64,000 nt of DNA, from positions 89,892,438 through 89,956,437 of the forward strand of contig NC_068990.1 of assembly GCF_001194135.2 (NCBI RefSeq). The letters run 5' to 3'. Under the pieces are notes generated by a model. It worked only from the letters and a program-made list of their open reading frames with translations. It had not been told where the DNA came from and made no database searches. Position numbers and translations under genes: made by a program. Below, in pieces: positions 61,870-64,000 of this stretch. The stretch is from Octopus bimaculoides (taxonomy: Eukaryota). The first letter of the stretch is position 1. The number at the start of each line of letters is the position of its first letter.

Positions 61870-63732
61870 AATCTGACTTCCCCCCCCACACCCACATACA
61901 GACCTTCTTGCCTTCTCTTTAGTATTTATGTTTTATTTTTTTTTGTTTCTTTTTCCAATGCACCNNNNNNNNNNNNNNNNNNNNNNNNNNNNNNNNNNNN
62001 NNNNNNNNNNNNNNNCCCCCCCCCCATCATTTATGACAGTCCATGCTACTGAGTGACACTTCAGTTCCCAACTCCTCCACTAATCATCTACCCATCCACC
62101 CTTTGCTACCTGTTTCAAACTTCCAAAACTGTTCCCATAGAAACATTACTTATGATATCTTTTTTTTTTTTTATATACAACTATCTTCCTTTCTCTCCCT
62201 CTCTCTATTTCTCGGAGTGGTTGGCGTTAGGAAGGGCATCCAGCTGTAGAAACTCTGCCAAATTAGATTGGAGCCTGGTGTTGCCATCCGGTTTCACCAG
62301 TCCTCAGTCAAATCGTCCAACCCATGCTAGCATGGAAAGCGGACGTTAAACAATGATGATGATGATGATATATATATATACAGGTGTAAAAAAGTTGAAT
62401 TAGATTTGTCCTTTAATTTGGAGGTTTCCAAAAAATTATTTCTAATATGGATTCTTCATATTTTGCTGGTAGCTTTCTGGCGTAGGTTTGCGAATATGAA
62501 AATAATACTTGTATAATGGTGTGTTATGTGAATTTATGGAAAGAAATCCCATAAAACTCACCTTCTCTTCATTTTTATCAAAATTGTTGTTGAGTTTTAT
62601 GGGATTTCTTTCCATATATTCACAACACATTATATACAAGAATATATATATATATCACTGATCTGTGAGTGAGTGTGACCCACAAAGGCCCTGGGTACTG
62701 TTTGCCTCCTTACAATAATTCATAAACAGAAATATGTAACGCCCCAGCATGGCCACAGGCCTCTGTGTCTGAAAGTTTCAAAAGAAGGAAAGAATAACCA
62801 GAGCAAGACATTTGGCTCTGCTTCCTTCATTTCTTCCTGTTTGAAAATAAAGCCAGGCTGCTGCCCCTTATTTTTACTGATGAGTGGTTTCTAGTTGGAC
62901 CCAAACCTTCACTCTCCCACCCAGCTGTAAAAACAATTTCTCTGGAGCCAATAACAGAGTCAGTTGGTGGTCACTCAACTTGCTAGAAATAACAACCAAG
63001 TCTCCCTCAAATCACAACCTAACAACTTGGAAAAAGGAAAAGACACTTTGGATGAGACGTGATGGCCATGGATGGCATGCACATCCACAAATGCATATGC
63101 ATATGTGTATATATGCAATGTATGCAAATAATGCACATTTGCATGTGCACAAAATGCACTCACTGATGTCCTTGCAGATGCACAAACATGCAGACATCTA
63201 CACAGAACACACACATATACACATGCACATATACCCCCATACATATGTGCTCATGTACATGCATAGTTATGCACACAGGTACACACAACTCACTCGCATG
63301 CTCAACATATGCACCACATACACTTTAGATTTCTGTTGTTGATGAGGAAACAAATGAAAAGCTGCATCTTGACTGTGATGTTGTTAATGGGAACACAGCA
63401 TCCCATCCAAGAAAGCCTGTCTAAGAGAAAGGAAGGGAGAAAGTGAGAAAGAAAGAGAGAGAGAAGAGATACAGAGCGGGGGAACAGAGTAAGAGAGGAG
63501 AGAGAAGACAAAGAGAGGGCAGAGTGAGAGAGAAAGTGTGTTTGTGAGAGAGAGAGACAAAAAGCGAGAGCGTGTGTGTGTGTATGAGAGAGAGAGACAG
63601 ATAGAGTGATTGGCAAACACACACACACACAGATAAACAACCTTCTGACAGGTATTTACACTGACATTTGAGGTTTCTAGGAATGCTGACAAACTAGTTT
63701 AAAATACCATCCTGTTGTTATTACAAATAATG

Positions 63733-63788
<56 letters not shown>

Positions 63789-64000
63789 TCTCCTTCTCTT
63801 TCTCTCCCTCTCTTTCTCTCCCTCTCTTTCTCTCCCTCTCTTTCTCTCTCTCTCTTTCTCTCCCTCTCTTTCTCTTTCTCTCTGTCTTTCTCAAATAGTT
63901 GAACAGTTGTTATGATATGGCTATGATATATTTGACCTACATTCACTGTAGCAATTGGTCAAAATGCTGTTGAATGGTTCTCGTTTTTGTTTTTTTTTGT

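Noticed and set aside
2848-63946. Most ORFs in the supplied track (poly-X, YIYI, CVCV, LSLS, ERER)
   Set aside because: They are produced by N gaps and di/trinucleotide microsatellites that lack stop codons. No protein motifs.

Overview
AT-rich, microsatellite- and SINE-laden animal genomic DNA from a gapped short-read assembly. The repeat families look like those of Octopus (my recognition, not verified). It is not prokaryotic, so most of the supplied ORF track is simple-repeat or N-gap noise. Two spliced genes can be reconstructed with phase-consistent GT-AG introns. TMEM68 (DIESL-type acyltransferase) is on the minus strand: 9 coding exons, 24070 to 15125, 323 aa. CCM2/malcavernin (PTB plus harmonin-homology domain) is on the plus strand: 11 visible exons, 49224 to 61869, with one PTB exon probably hidden in the 54202-54837 gap. 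Between them lie an orphan 183-codon exon (32999-33547) and several candidate 5' exons. The rest is transposon debris: tRNA-derived SINEs, RTE-type and other LINE remnants, Tc1/mariner, hAT and Merlin/MULE-like MITEs, and a Penelope GIY-YIG fragment. The most notable non-coding signal is a family of minimal type I hammerhead ribozyme motifs in Penelope-like repeat ends, with one core-intact copy at 26383-26428. Other leads are a splice-junction UGA and a junction Ser codon in TMEM68 that A-to-I editing could recode, a stop/donor overlap that toggles a KxKxx tail, and a MITE built around telomere-like repeats.
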